Notes: generated from the letters alone by a model not told the origin. Shown: positions 20,445 through 30,500, counted from the first letter of the stretch. The stretch: 64,000 nucleotides of DNA from Verrucomicrobiia bacterium (GCA_035495615.1 DATJFP010000071.1:65784-129783), one strand, 5' to 3'. Numbers and translations are program-made.

Positions 20445-20623
20445 ATACAAGGGAGGTCTAACACAATCTAAGGCAGCCGTCCCTTTATATGAAAGCGCCT
20501 ACTCCTACGGTATCACATGGAAAGACGTGATCAAGGCCGAGGGAAAAAATGATCGAAAATACTGGAACAGAAAAAAAGGCTTGTTTGGTTTCTTAAAGAA
20601 GTGGTCCTCGAAATCCGCGGCTT

Positions 20624-21769
20624 CTATTGGCGTTTGACGGCCTTGCCTTCGGGGTCGTACACATCTCCCTGCACAGCCATCTCTTCTTTCGTGGGTCCTG
20701 TGGGAACGTCCGCGGCCTTTTGTTCCGCAGGGGCCTGCGCCTGCGCCGCGGTTTGCGCGGGCTGCGCAGCGGGAGCTTGAGCCGGGACCGGCTGGGCCGC
20801 AGCCGCAGCCGTGGGAGCGGGCACGACGGGCGCGGCAGGATGAGGAGCGGCGTTTTTTTCGTAGCGCTGATGGAACATCGCGATTTCGTTCTTGGCCTTG
20901 ATCTCGGCCATTTTCTTCGTGTCGCTTTTCAGCGCCTGCCAGGAATCCCGCCCCTTTTGCAGGACGTCTTCGCCGGCAAAAGCCGCCGCATTCTGCTTCG
21001 TTTCCGCCATGACCGCCTTCAGGCTTTCGCGTGCTTCGGCGGAAGCGGGCTGGGGCGCCAGACTCTTGACCTCCCCGGAAGCAACCTGGGCCTGAGAAAA
21101 GGACAAGGCCTCGTCCGGCTTGACGTTGATGATGTCGCTGTCGGCGGCCTTGGTCAGGGAATCCGCCCCCGGCACCACGTAGACCGTTCCGTTCGCGACC
21201 ACGGTATTGTCGGATTCGGTGGCGGCATCGAACGAGCGCATGAAGGTCGTGGAGCGCACGCCTCCGACCGCGGTCGGCGTGATCACGTCGTAGGTCGAGC
21301 CTTCGGGCAGCCCGCCGAGATCATTGTAAATCGCGCCGTTGGAAATATAAATGCGCGTGGGCTCGATCGAGAGAAATTCTGCGAGGCTGTTGGCCGCGAT
21401 CCTGGCCGTGTTCAGGAAAAAAGCGTCGTAATGGATTTCGACGAAGGAGTTTTCCGAGGTCTTGATCTGATCTCCGTTTTCGATGACCGTTCCTTTGACG
21501 ACGGGCTCCCAGGTATCCTTACCCTTTTTGAGGATCATGACTTCGCCCTGGAGATTGAACACGTCGGCCTTCTGGTCCACGAGGCTGTTCTCGGAAAGAT
21601 CGGGGCCTGCGGGAGACGGCGCCGACGGAGCGGCGGGAATTTCGGCGGCGGGCTGCGGTGCCGCGGCTTCGGGGACCGGTGCCGCCGGAGGATGGGCTTT
21701 CTTCAGAAACACGACGGCGACTGCGGCGGCCGCAAGCAACACGGCCAAAAAAAGGATTTTGTTCTTCAT
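20624..21769 (-). CDS. FecR-domain protein, signal-anchored, with Ala/Pro/Gln-rich low-complexity tails
   Basis: FecR-like core (VMILKKGKDTWEPVVKGTVIENGDQIKTSENSFVEI...TPTAVGGVRSTTF). N-terminal TM/signal segment. Confidence 0.7.
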   Translation of the reverse strand: MKNKILFLAVLLAAAAVAVVFLKKAHPPAAPVPEAAAPQPAAEIPAAPSAPSPAGPDLSENSLVDQKADVFNLQGEVMILKKGKDTWEPVVKGTVIENGDQIKTSENSFVEIHYDAFFLNTARIAANSLAEFLSIEPTRIYISNGAIYNDLGGLPEGSTYDVITPTAVGGVRSTTFMRSFDAATESDNTVVANGTVYVVPGADSLTKAADSDIINVKPDEALSFSQAQVASGEVKSLAPQPASAEARESLKAVMAETKQNAAAFAGEDVLQKGRDSWQALKSDTKKMAEIKAKNEIAMFHQRYEKNAAPHPAAPVVPAPTAAAAAQPVPAQAPAAQPAQTAAQAQAPAEQKAADVPTGPTKEEMAVQGDVYDPEGKAVKRQ

Positions 21770-21941
21770 GGGTCCCCCTCTTTATTCCCCCGCGGCTGCG
21801 CGGTGGATGCTATGGATACGTACCCCGAAAACGGTCTCATTCTACGAGCAAGCCGGTCGGAGTCAACGGTAATCCGCCGGGCGGCGGCCGGGAACCGGGC
21901 CTTTGGCAGGGACCCGGGGATGCCGATAATCAAGCACCTCC

Positions 21942-23909
21942 ATGAAACCTAAGGATCGCAGACGCAACATCGAAATCCTCCTCGGAGCAGGCTTGATGCT
22001 GCTCCTGGCCGCGCTTACTTCGGCCAGGGGATTCGAGCCTTTCGAAAAACTTTTCCTGGACGCCCATTTCCGCCTTCAATCCGGGAAAAAATTTCCGGAA
22101 GACATTGCCGTGATCGGCATCGACGAGGCCAGCCTGGACGTCATCGGGCGCTGGCCCTGGTCCCGTGATCTTCATGCCGCGCTCATCGGCCTTTTCCGGC
22201 ACGAATCCTTTCAGCCTGCCGCACTCGGGTACGACGTCCTTTTCGAAGTCAAAAGCACGGCTTCCCCGGAAGGCGACGAACTGCTCGTCCATCAGGCCGG
22301 CGCTTTGGAGGGAAGGGCCGTGACCGCCTATTTTTTCGAAAAGGGAAAACCCGCCGCGGAAGAGGTCAACGAATCAAAGGAAAAGGAACTGGAGCGGTTC
22401 GCGCTCCGCGTTTCGGGCCCGGCGCCGGAACATCTGGAAGAGGCGCAGAAGGTCTCGCTTCCTTTCCTCGATCTTGCCAGGGCGAGCAGCCTCGCCTTCG
22501 TAAATACGCCGATGGATACCGACGGCCGCACGCGCCATGCCCAGCTGCTCATCCGTTATAAAGGAAAGGTGTATCCGTCCATGGATCTCCTGATCGCCCT
22601 GATTTATCTCCGGACGAATCTCGCGGACGTGCATGTCGAAAGGCGCGGCGTGGTCCTGGAAAAAAGCAGCCGGGGACGCATCGTGATTCCCGTGGACGAA
22701 GAAGGCAAGATGATCATTAATTATTTCGGAAGCTCGCGCGTCATTCCCACGTATTCCTTTGTGCAGGTCATGAACGAAGGCAAGGCCTGGATGGAGGGCG
22801 GCAAGCCGCCGCCGCTTTTGCGCGCGTTGAAAGGGAAGATCGTTCTGGTCGGCGTCACCGCGCTCGGGCTGGGCGACCGGCGTGTCACGCCGCTTGCCCA
22901 GTATGAGACCGGCATCAGCCTCCATGCGCACGCCATCGGCAACATCCTGCGGGGCAATTTTCTGGTGAAGGCTTCGGAGCCGCTGGCCTGGGGCGCGTTC
23001 GTGCTGCTGGGGCTCACCGCGCTGTGGCTCACCATGCAGCTTCCCGTGCAGCGGGCCTTGCCCGCCATGCTCGCGCTCGGCGTTTTGTATTTCGCGGCCA
23101 CGCATTTCTTTTTTATCCAGGGCCTGTGGCTTCCCATGGCGGGCCCGGTGGCGGAAATGACCGCGGTTTTTATCGGCGTGACCTGTTTCCGTTATTTCAC
23201 CGCGCTGGAAGAATTGAAGCGTACGCAGCAGCAGCTGATCCAGTCCGCGAAAATGGCGGCGCTTGGAGAGCTGTCCTCAGGCATGGCGCACGAATTCCGG
23301 AACATCCTTTCTTCTATAAGCCTGCACGTGGAGTACGCGCTGAGACCCGGAATGCCGCCGGACAAGACGCAGAAGAACGCGGTCATGGCCCGTCAGGTCA
23401 TCCGGAACGCCGTCGACATCTTGAACGGGCTGCTGACCTTCGCGAGAAAAAAAGAATCGGTGAAGGTCCGCGGCAATCTCAAGAAGACGGTCGAAGACGC
23501 GCTGATGCTCGTGGAAAAGGACCTGGCGGTCCGCAACGTGAAAGTGGTTTTGGAGCTGCAGGACGTGGAAGACGTGGCCTTCGACGCGGGCCAGATTTCT
23601 CAAGTCGTGCTGAACATGGTCCAGAACGCCCGCGACGCGATGGAGAAGCAGGAAGACAAGCGGCTTGTGCTGCGCCTTGCCCGGCAGCCGGACGGCGCGC
23701 GAATCGAGATCGCGGACAACGGCCCGGGAATAGCGCCGTCCGTCCTCAAGCATCTTTTCCAGCCTTTTGTGACGACCAAGCCCGAAGGCCATGGGACGGG
23801 ACTCGGACTTTCCGTCTGTCACGGCATCGTCGAAAACCATGGCGGCAGAATCACGGTCGAGACTTCCCCCGCCAAAGGCACGGCCTGGTCGATTTTTATT
23901 CCCGCGTAG
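21942..23909 (+). CDS. sensor histidine kinase with periplasmic CHASE2 domain, 3-4 TM segments, HisKA and HATPase_c; no receiver domain
   Basis: CHASE2 hallmarks (IAVIGIDEASLDVIGRWPWSRDLHA). H-box ELSSGMAHEFRN and G-boxes GTGLGLSV. Confidence 0.85.
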   Translation: MKPKDRRRNIEILLGAGLMLLLAALTSARGFEPFEKLFLDAHFRLQSGKKFPEDIAVIGIDEASLDVIGRWPWSRDLHAALIGLFRHESFQPAALGYDVLFEVKSTASPEGDELLVHQAGALEGRAVTAYFFEKGKPAAEEVNESKEKELERFALRVSGPAPEHLEEAQKVSLPFLDLARASSLAFVNTPMDTDGRTRHAQLLIRYKGKVYPSMDLLIALIYLRTNLADVHVERRGVVLEKSSRGRIVIPVDEEGKMIINYFGSSRVIPTYSFVQVMNEGKAWMEGGKPPPLLRALKGKIVLVGVTALGLGDRRVTPLAQYETGISLHAHAIGNILRGNFLVKASEPLAWGAFVLLGLTALWLTMQLPVQRALPAMLALGVLYFAATHFFFIQGLWLPMAGPVAEMTAVFIGVTCFRYFTALEELKRTQQQLIQSAKMAALGELSSGMAHEFRNILSSISLHVEYALRPGMPPDKTQKNAVMARQVIRNAVDILNGLLTFARKKESVKVRGNLKKTVEDALMLVEKDLAVRNVKVVLELQDVEDVAFDAGQISQVVLNMVQNARDAMEKQEDKRLVLRLARQPDGARIEIADNGPGIAPSVLKHLFQPFVTTKPEGHGTGLGLSVCHGIVENHGGRITVETSPAKGTAWSIFIPA

Positions 23910-23999
23910 TTAAGCCCTCAGAAAGGTAGCGCCTCCGAAGATAAGGGCGTAGAGCAGAAAGCACATCCACGCAAAAGTGATACAGATTTGAGTTTTCAT
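23910..23999 (-). CDS. 29-aa hydrophobic mini-protein (MKTQICITFAWMCFLLYALIFGGATFLRA)
   Basis: Strong SD AGGGGGA 5 nt upstream of the ATG. It lies immediately 3' of the CHASE2 kinase on the opposite strand and was not in the ORF track (under 60 aa). Confidence 0.3.
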   Translation of the reverse strand: MKTQICITFAWMCFLLYALIFGGATFLRA

Positions 24000-24239
24000 A
24001 TTTCCCCCTTGGAAATAGGTAAAACTATTGAAAATTTACCCGTTTTGGAGGCGTAAAAAAGGGCCTGAAAATACGCACTAGGGCCTGCTAGACCTTAGTA
24101 GGACATGGCAGAAAACCGCGCTAAAAAAGTTATAAGAAGTTTGAAACTTACCCGCCCCGGAAGCCTCAAAACCGTTGTCCCGTACAAAACTTAGCGCGAA
24201 TGCTTTTAGTCCCGCCCGGCTCTGGCCGATAAACGGGGC

Positions 24240-25178
24240 ATGCGCCTGCGTTTTTGGACTTTTATCCTGACCTTCGTGCTGATCGCCCCGGCGGCTTATG
24301 CCGCGCCGGCGCCGGAGTCCCGTCCTGCCGCTGCCGAGGCCAAAGCCGCGCCGCAGGACCCGGTTCCGTCCCGTACCCCCGCGCCCAAGGCCCCGGATTT
24401 CAGATCGCTTCTCGAGCAGGCCCGCGCGCTCGCGGACCAGAAAAATTGGGACGATTCTGAGGCCCTTTATCTGAAGATCACCCAAAGCCCTGTCGTCGAA
24501 GACCGCATCAAGGCCTACGAAGGATTGATCGAGGTGTATAATAAATTGCGCTTTTCGAAGAAAGCCGGCCGCGTGGAAAAGAAGCTCGAAGAGGAAAAGA
24601 AGTTTGTGGAGCGGCTTGTACCGGCGGGCGATTCCTATTATCAGAAATACACCGTGCGCAAAGGCGACACGTACGGGAAAATCGCGGCCCGAAACGGCAT
24701 CAGCCAGAAATGGCTGGAGCGCGCGAACAGCGGCAAGCTCCTGAAAGCGGATGACGAAATTCTTCTGCCCCGCACGCGTTACGAACTGGTCGTGGACAAG
24801 GCCAGCAAAACGCTGACCTGGAAACGCGGCGAAGAGGTCATCAAGACTTACTCCGTTTCCGTGGGGCGCGAAGGCATGGAAACGCCGGAAGGGGAATTCC
24901 GGGTCGAGCATAAGGTCAAGGATCCGGTCTGGTACTGGATGAAGAAGGAAATTCCGGCGGGGAGCGTGAAGAATCTTTTGGGAACGCGGTGGCTGGGGCT
25001 GAACCACAAAGGTTACGGCATCCACGGAACGCGAAACCCGAAAAGCATCGGAGCGGCCATGAGCCATGGCTGTATCCGGATGCACAACCAGGACGTGGAA
25101 GAAATTTTTCCCTGGATCCCGGTAGGCACGCCGGTCATCATTCAGAACGGGGCAGCCTCTCCGCGGAGTGCGGGCTAA
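24240..25178 (+). CDS. L,D-transpeptidase (YkuD domain) with LysM domain, secreted
   Basis: Signal peptide, LysM motif (YTVRKGDTYGKIA) and the catalytic SHGCIRM motif. Confidence 0.85.
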   Translation: MRLRFWTFILTFVLIAPAAYAAPAPESRPAAAEAKAAPQDPVPSRTPAPKAPDFRSLLEQARALADQKNWDDSEALYLKITQSPVVEDRIKAYEGLIEVYNKLRFSKKAGRVEKKLEEEKKFVERLVPAGDSYYQKYTVRKGDTYGKIAARNGISQKWLERANSGKLLKADDEILLPRTRYELVVDKASKTLTWKRGEEVIKTYSVSVGREGMETPEGEFRVEHKVKDPVWYWMKKEIPAGSVKNLLGTRWLGLNHKGYGIHGTRNPKSIGAAMSHGCIRMHNQDVEEIFPWIPVGTPVIIQNGAASPRSAG

Positions 25179-25181
25179 GAG

Positions 25182-25388
25182 CTATTTTGCGGCGACGATC
25201 TTCTCGAAAAACATGCCCTGGAAGCAAAAAACCATGAAAAGGGCGAACCCGCCGAGCACGAGGACCGCCGCGATGATCATGATCGTCGCAAATGCCTTAT
25301 TGTCCGGCTCTCCGGGTTCGATCAATTCGCGCTGGCGTTTCGGCTTTTGGGGGGGCTCCGCTTCGGGAGTTTCGGTGGGGTCGGCCAT
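25182..25388 (-). CDS. 68-aa single-TM membrane protein, hypothetical
   Basis: SD GAGGAG 7 nt upstream of the ATG. Convergent with the L,D-transpeptidase gene. Confidence 0.45.
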   Translation of the reverse strand: MADPTETPEAEPPQKPKRQRELIEPGEPDNKAFATIMIIAAVLVLGGFALFMVFCFQGMFFEKIVAAK

Positions 25389-25467
25389 GATGTCTCCTCG
25401 GGTTCAACGGCTTAAAATACGGAAAAGGGCGGATACGGCCTGAGCCGTCCGTTCTTAATAAAAATAC

Positions 25468-26250
25468 ATGGCAAATCCTGAAAATTCAAAATCTCAAGCC
25501 TCCCGAAGCCCCAGAGTTCTGGTCGTCGTCCCTTGTTATAATGAAGAAGCCCGCCTTCCTTCCGACCGGTACACGGAGTTCATGCGCCGGGAAAAGGACT
25601 TCGGATTCCTCTTCGTCGACGACGGCAGCGGAGACCGGACCTTCGACGTCCTCCAAAAGCTGGCCGCCCAGAATCCCGGCTCCTGCCAGATCCTGAAACT
25701 CGAAAAAAATTCCGGCAAGGCCGAGGCCGTGCGCCGGGGATTCGTCCAGGGGCTGACTTCCGGTTCCGACTACCTGGCCTTCTGGGATGCGGACCTTGCC
25801 ACGCCTCTGGAAGTCCTTCCCACGTTCCTGAAAATTTTCGAAGAACGCCCGGTGCTGGAAATGATCTTCGGCGCGCGCGTCAAGCTCATGGGCCATGACA
25901 TCAGGCGCCAGACCACGCGTCATTATCTGGGACGCATTTTTGCCACGTTCGCCTCGCATACGCTTCGCCTGGAAATTTACGACACGCAGTGCGGCGCCAA
26001 GATGTTCCGGAAGACCGACACGCTGGTCCGGATGTTCGAGACGCCCTTTTTGTCCAAGTGGATTTTCGACGTGGAATTGATCGCCCGGTTCCTCAAAGAC
26101 AAAAAGCCCATCCGCCGGGACCAGATCGAAGCCCTTATCTATGAAATGCCTCTTCCCGCCTGGTACGACGTGGCCGGATCCAAAGTGAAACCCGGGGATT
26201 TCTTCAAAGCCATCGGCGAGCTCTGGCGCATCCGCAGCGCTTACAAGTAA
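25468..26250 (+). CDS. family 2 glycosyltransferase (dolichyl-/polyprenyl-phosphate sugar synthase-like)
   Basis: GT2 motifs VVVPCYNEE, FVDDGSGD and DADL. Confidence 0.8.
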   Translation: MANPENSKSQASRSPRVLVVVPCYNEEARLPSDRYTEFMRREKDFGFLFVDDGSGDRTFDVLQKLAAQNPGSCQILKLEKNSGKAEAVRRGFVQGLTSGSDYLAFWDADLATPLEVLPTFLKIFEERPVLEMIFGARVKLMGHDIRRQTTRHYLGRIFATFASHTLRLEIYDTQCGAKMFRKTDTLVRMFETPFLSKWIFDVELIARFLKDKKPIRRDQIEALIYEMPLPAWYDVAGSKVKPGDFFKAIGELWRIRSAYK

Positions 26251-26300
26251 GTTTCCCCCGGAATTGATCGTCCCTCGGCCCTGTGATAAGATGGCCCCTT

Positions 26301-26651
26301 ATGAGCAAGATCACCGTTTACCAAAAGCCAACCTGCACCACCTGCCGCGAGGTCTACAAGGCCTTGCAGGAAAGCGGCGTGGCTTTCGACGCGGTCAATT
26401 ATTACGTGGACCCGATCCCGAAAACCAAGCTTAAGGAGCTGCTCAAAAAGATGGGCATCAAGGGGCAGGAACTTTTCCGGACCAAGGAAGAGATTTACAA
26501 AAAGCTCAAGCTCTCCGGCCGCGACGTGAGTGACGAAGAAGCCTTGGACCTGATGGCAAAATATCCCGACCTCATCCAGCGGCCCATCGTGGAAAAAGGC
26601 GCGAAGGCCATCCTCGCCCGGCCTGCCGAGCGTCTCAAGGAAATTTTATGA
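26301..26651 (+). CDS. ArsC/Spx-family thioredoxin-fold protein (CxxC)
   Basis: MSKITVYQKPTCTTCRE... is a typical N-terminus of this family. The ORF extends upstream to the GTG at 26283. Confidence 0.6.
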   Translation: MSKITVYQKPTCTTCREVYKALQESGVAFDAVNYYVDPIPKTKLKELLKKMGIKGQELFRTKEEIYKKLKLSGRDVSDEEALDLMAKYPDLIQRPIVEKGAKAILARPAERLKEIL

Positions 26652-27529
26652 TGACGGCCGAGCGCGCCCCGAAAGCCCAAAAAGAAAAGAAAGCTTCTCC
26701 GGTTTCCTCGTTTATTCCGTCTGAAAAAACCCGTGCCCTTTTGCGCGCGGCCTTTGACGAAGATTTTGGCCGCGGCGATCTCACGTCGGAGCTTGTGGTC
26801 TCCAAAACCGCGGTCGCCACCGCGAAAATTTTCGCCCGCGAACCCGGCATTTTCTGCGGTGCCCCAGCGCTGCTCGAAATTTTTAAATGCGCGGACCCGG
26901 CCCTGCGCGCCGAGTTTCCGGTGAAAGAAGGCGCGAAGTTTCGCAAGAACACGGTGGTTCTCATCCTCGAAGGCCCCGTGCAGTCGATCCTCAGAGCCGA
27001 GCGCACCGCCCTGAACCTGCTCGGGCATCTTTCCGGGATCGCCACCATGACGCGCGCTTTTGTCGATGCCGTGAAAGGCTATCCGGTCCTCATTCTTGAC
27101 ACGAGAAAAACGATGCCGCTGTGGCGCGAGCTCGAAAAATACGCGGTGCGCGCGGGCGGTGGACGCAACCATCGCATGGGGCTTTACGACGCTGTTTTCG
27201 TGAAAGAGAACCACCGCCCGTACGGCGACCTGAAAAAACTCAGCGGTTTCAAGGGCAGCGTCGAGATCGAGGTGCGCAACCGCGAGGAGCTGCGCGAAGC
27301 CGTGAAGCTGCATCCGCGCGTCATCCTCTTCGATAATTTTCCGCCTTTCCGCCTCAAGCAGGTCGTGCAGATCGCGCGCCGGCTCGCGCCCGAGACCATC
27401 CTCGAGGCTTCCGGCGGCATCACGCTGGAAAACGTCGGCCATTACGCGGCCATGGGCGTGGACTGGATTTCCGTGGGCGCGCTCACGCACTCGGTGCGCT
27501 CGCTGGATTTTTCGCTTCTCCTGAAATAA
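26648..27529 (+). CDS. nadC: nicotinate-nucleotide pyrophosphorylase [carboxylating]
   Basis: QPRTase-family motifs ([21 protein letters not shown]). Overlaps the upstream gene by ATGA. Confidence 0.9.
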   Translation: MMTAERAPKAQKEKKASPVSSFIPSEKTRALLRAAFDEDFGRGDLTSELVVSKTAVATAKIFAREPGIFCGAPALLEIFKCADPALRAEFPVKEGAKFRKNTVVLILEGPVQSILRAERTALNLLGHLSGIATMTRAFVDAVKGYPVLILDTRKTMPLWRELEKYAVRAGGGRNHRMGLYDAVFVKENHRPYGDLKKLSGFKGSVEIEVRNREELREAVKLHPRVILFDNFPPFRLKQVVQIARRLAPETILEASGGITLENVGHYAAMGVDWISVGALTHSVRSLDFSLLLK

Positions 27530-27561
27530 GCTTTCAAACCCTCCCAAAGAACAAGGGACCC

Positions 27562-29562
27562 ATGCCGGTTTTCCAACTCTCCTCCAAGATGAAACCCAAA
27601 GGCGACCAGCCGCAGGCCATCGAAAAGCTCGTGCGCGGTTTCCAAGAGGGAAAAAAAGAGCAGGTGCTGGTCGGCGTGACCGGTTCGGGCAAGACCTTTG
27701 CCATGGCCAACGTGATCGCGCAGGTCGGCAAGCCCGCGCTGGTGATCTGCCACAACAAGACGCTCGCGGCGCAGCTCTACTCCGAAATGAAAGACCTGTT
27801 CCCCGAAAACGCCGTGGAGTATTTCGTTTCCTATTACGATTATTATCAGCCCGAGGCGTACATCGCGCACACGGATACCTACATCGAAAAAGATTCGTCG
27901 ATCAACGACAATCTGGACCGGCTGCGGCTTTCGGCCACGAGCTCGGTTTTGTCGCGGCCCGACACGATCATTGTGGCCAGTGTTTCATGTATTTACGGTT
28001 TGGGTTCGCCGGAAGACTGGAAGGGCATGCTGGTCCGGCTGGAAAAAGGCCAGGTCTTTGACCGCGACGCGTTCATCGACGCGCTGATCGGCATTCAGTA
28101 TTCGCGCGTGGAAACTGAATTGACGCGCGGCACGTTCCGCGTACGCGGCAACCGCGTGGACCTTTATCCTGCGTATGGGCAAAACCCCGAACGCATCGAA
28201 TTCGACGCGGAGCGCGTGACCAGCCTGGTGCTGCTCGAAAAGATCAAGCTGACGCCGCTGCGCGAGCTGGACCAGGTCGCGGTGTATCCGGCCAAGCATT
28301 TCGTGACGCCGTCCGAACGCATGGAACCTGCGCTCGAAGGCATTCGTCTGGAGCTGGCGCAGCGCATCAAAGAGCTCACATTGCAGGGAAAAGACCTCGA
28401 GGCGAAAAGGCTGGAGTCACGCACGCGCTACGATTTGGAGATGCTGCGCGAAGTGGGCTTTTGCTCGGGGGTGGAAAATTATTCGCGGCATTTGAGCGGG
28501 CGCGCGCCCGGCTCCACGCCATCGACGCTGATCAATTATTTCCCGAAAGACTTTCTCACGCTCGTCGACGAATCGCACCAGACGCTCCCGCAGATCCGCG
28601 GCATGTTCAACGGCGACCAGGCGCGCAAGAAAGTGCTCGTCGAGCACGGTTTCCGCCTGCCGTCGGCGCTCGACAACCGGCCGCTGCGATTCGAGGAATT
28701 CGAGCGCGCGATAGGGCAAGTGCTCTACGTTTCCGCGACGCCGTCCGAGTATGAGCTCAGCCGCGCAGACCAGAAAGTCGAGCAGATCATCCGGCCCACG
28801 GGACTCCTCGATCCTGAAATTGAAGTCCGGGCGACAGAAGGGCAGATCGACGACTTGATCGGCGAGATCAAAGCGCGCGCGAAGAAAAACGAGCGCGTGC
28901 TGGTCACGACGCTCACGAAAAAAATGGCCGAAGACCTGAGCCGCTACCTCAAGGAAGCGGGCATCAAAGTGAATTACCTTCATTCGGAGTTCGACGCCTT
29001 CGAGCGCGTGGAAATCCTACGCGACCTGCGCCTGCAAAAGTACGATTGCATTGTCGGGATTAACCTTCTTAGAGAAGGGCTGGACCTTCCGGAGGTATCG
29101 CTTGTCGCGGTGCTGGACGCGGACAAGGAAGGTTTTCTTCGCAGCGATGTTTCTTTGATCCAAACCGCGGGCCGGGCGGCCCGCAACGTCAACGGCAAGG
29201 TCATCATGTACGGGGACAAGATCACGGATTCCATGAAAAGGGCCATGGACGAGACTTCCCGGCGCCGCCGCATCCAGATGGATTACAACGAAAAGAACGG
29301 GATCACGCCGGCCACCATCAAAAAGGAAATCCGGGAAGGCATCGAGAAGTGGAACGACGCCGAGGAGATGGTCGCCGAGGTGGTGGGGGAAAGCCAAAAG
29401 GAATATGAGATCAAGAGTTACCTCGCGTATCTGAAAAAGCGCATGGAAACCGCGGCCCGCGCGCTGGAGTTCGACAAGGCCGCCCGCTACCGCGATGAAA
29501 TCCGCCGTTTGGAGGAAAAAGAGGGCGTTGCGGAGAGTATTTTGAAGCCCCGCAAAGCCTGA
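27562..29562 (+). CDS. uvrB: excinuclease ABC subunit B
   Basis: Walker [10 protein letters not shown], helicase motifs and a C-terminal UvrB/UvrC interaction motif. Confidence 0.95.
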   Translation: MPVFQLSSKMKPKGDQPQAIEKLVRGFQEGKKEQVLVGVTGSGKTFAMANVIAQVGKPALVICHNKTLAAQLYSEMKDLFPENAVEYFVSYYDYYQPEAYIAHTDTYIEKDSSINDNLDRLRLSATSSVLSRPDTIIVASVSCIYGLGSPEDWKGMLVRLEKGQVFDRDAFIDALIGIQYSRVETELTRGTFRVRGNRVDLYPAYGQNPERIEFDAERVTSLVLLEKIKLTPLRELDQVAVYPAKHFVTPSERMEPALEGIRLELAQRIKELTLQGKDLEAKRLESRTRYDLEMLREVGFCSGVENYSRHLSGRAPGSTPSTLINYFPKDFLTLVDESHQTLPQIRGMFNGDQARKKVLVEHGFRLPSALDNRPLRFEEFERAIGQVLYVSATPSEYELSRADQKVEQIIRPTGLLDPEIEVRATEGQIDDLIGEIKARAKKNERVLVTTLTKKMAEDLSRYLKEAGIKVNYLHSEFDAFERVEILRDLRLQKYDCIVGINLLREGLDLPEVSLVAVLDADKEGFLRSDVSLIQTAGRAARNVNGKVIMYGDKITDSMKRAMDETSRRRRIQMDYNEKNGITPATIKKEIREGIEKWNDAEEMVAEVVGESQKEYEIKSYLAYLKKRMETAARALEFDKAARYRDEIRRLEEKEGVAESILKPRKA

Positions 29563-29616
29563 TGGGGCGGGGAAAAGCCGGATGCGAAAAAAAATATAAA
29601 ATCCTCGTAATACCGA

Positions 29617-29646
29617 TTGACACAGACTCTTGGCCGACCCTATAAT
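29617..29646 (+). promoter_or_regulatory. near-consensus sigma-70 promoter TTGACA-N18-TATAAT with an AT-rich UP-like tract upstream; predicted transcription start 2-4 nt before the ATG at 29656 (leaderless)
   Basis: TTGACA at 29617-29622 and TATAAT at 29641-29646. The TTG start of the tool-extended ORF is the -35 hexamer itself. Confidence 0.5.
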
Positions 29647-29655
29647 TCCGGCTTA

Positions 29656-30318
29656 ATGGCACCAATTACAAAGGAATTAACAGTGAATGCATTGAAGATG
29701 ATCGAAGAAAACAAGCTCATCGCCGTCATTCGTTCCAGCTCCGCGGACGATGCCGAAGCGATGATCAAAGCCGCCATTACGGGCGGTTTTCGCATTTTCG
29801 AAATCTCCATGCAGACCCCGCAGGTCATTCGCCTCCTGGAAACGTATTCCAAGAAGGAGAATTTCCTCTTTGGTGCGGGCGCGGTGACCGACGGCGAGAT
29901 GGCCCAGCGCGCCATCAACGCGGGTGCCCAGTTCGTTTCTACCCCGTATACCGATGACGAAGTCATCAATGTGGCCAAGCACAACAACACGTTCGTGATC
30001 CAGGGCGCGTTGACTCCCACCGAAATCATCAACGCCTATCAGCTGGGCGCCGACCTGGTGATGGTTTATCCCATCGCTCCTTCGGGCGGGCCGCAGTATC
30101 TCAAGGCGATTCGCAATTCTCTTCCTTCCGTTAAGCTCATCACCGCCGGGGGCGTCAACCTTGACAGCCTCTTCGAATACCTTAAGGACAGCATCGCGGT
30201 CTGCATCAAGCAGTCGCTTTTCGAGCGTCCGCTTGTACGAACTGACAACTGGCAGGAAATCACGGAAAGAGCCAGGCAGTTCAACCAGAAGCTCGAAACC
30301 ATTAAGGTATCCCGGTAA
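29656..30318 (+). CDS. KDPG/KHG-aldolase-family (Eda-like) TIM-barrel protein
   Basis: Eda-like pattern (IAVIRS...GGFRIFEISMQT...GAGAVT...AGAQFVSTP...ITAGGV). The start at 29656 is chosen because the upstream ORF extension overlaps the promoter. Confidence 0.6.
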   Translation: MAPITKELTVNALKMIEENKLIAVIRSSSADDAEAMIKAAITGGFRIFEISMQTPQVIRLLETYSKKENFLFGAGAVTDGEMAQRAINAGAQFVSTPYTDDEVINVAKHNNTFVIQGALTPTEIINAYQLGADLVMVYPIAPSGGPQYLKAIRNSLPSVKLITAGGVNLDSLFEYLKDSIAVCIKQSLFERPLVRTDNWQEITERARQFNQKLETIKVSR

Positions 30319-30472
30319 TTCTTCCCTGAAGTTCTTTCCGAATCATTTCCTGAAGAATCCCGAACTGTTTTTTCAGGGGGAGCGTGTCTTTTTTAAGCTA
30401 AGTCCTTGTTGTGCCGTTATTTAGGTTTTGATGGGCAGCCTGGCCGCAGGGCGGCAAAGGCAAGAACGTGGA

Positions 30473-30500
30473 TTGACTTTGCGGGTCGGATGATTATAAT
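30473..30500 (+). promoter_or_regulatory. sigma-70-like promoter TTGACT-N16-TATAAT upstream of the hydrolase gene (about 110-nt 5' UTR)
   Basis: TTGACT at 30473-30478 and TATAAT at 30495-30500. Confidence 0.4.

Noticed and set aside
20395-20637. 80-aa plus-strand ORF in the spacer between the FecR and DUF454-like genes
   Set aside because: TTG start without an SD. It begins inside the hairpin element and is on the opposite strand to both flanking genes. It is probably non-coding 3' UTR.
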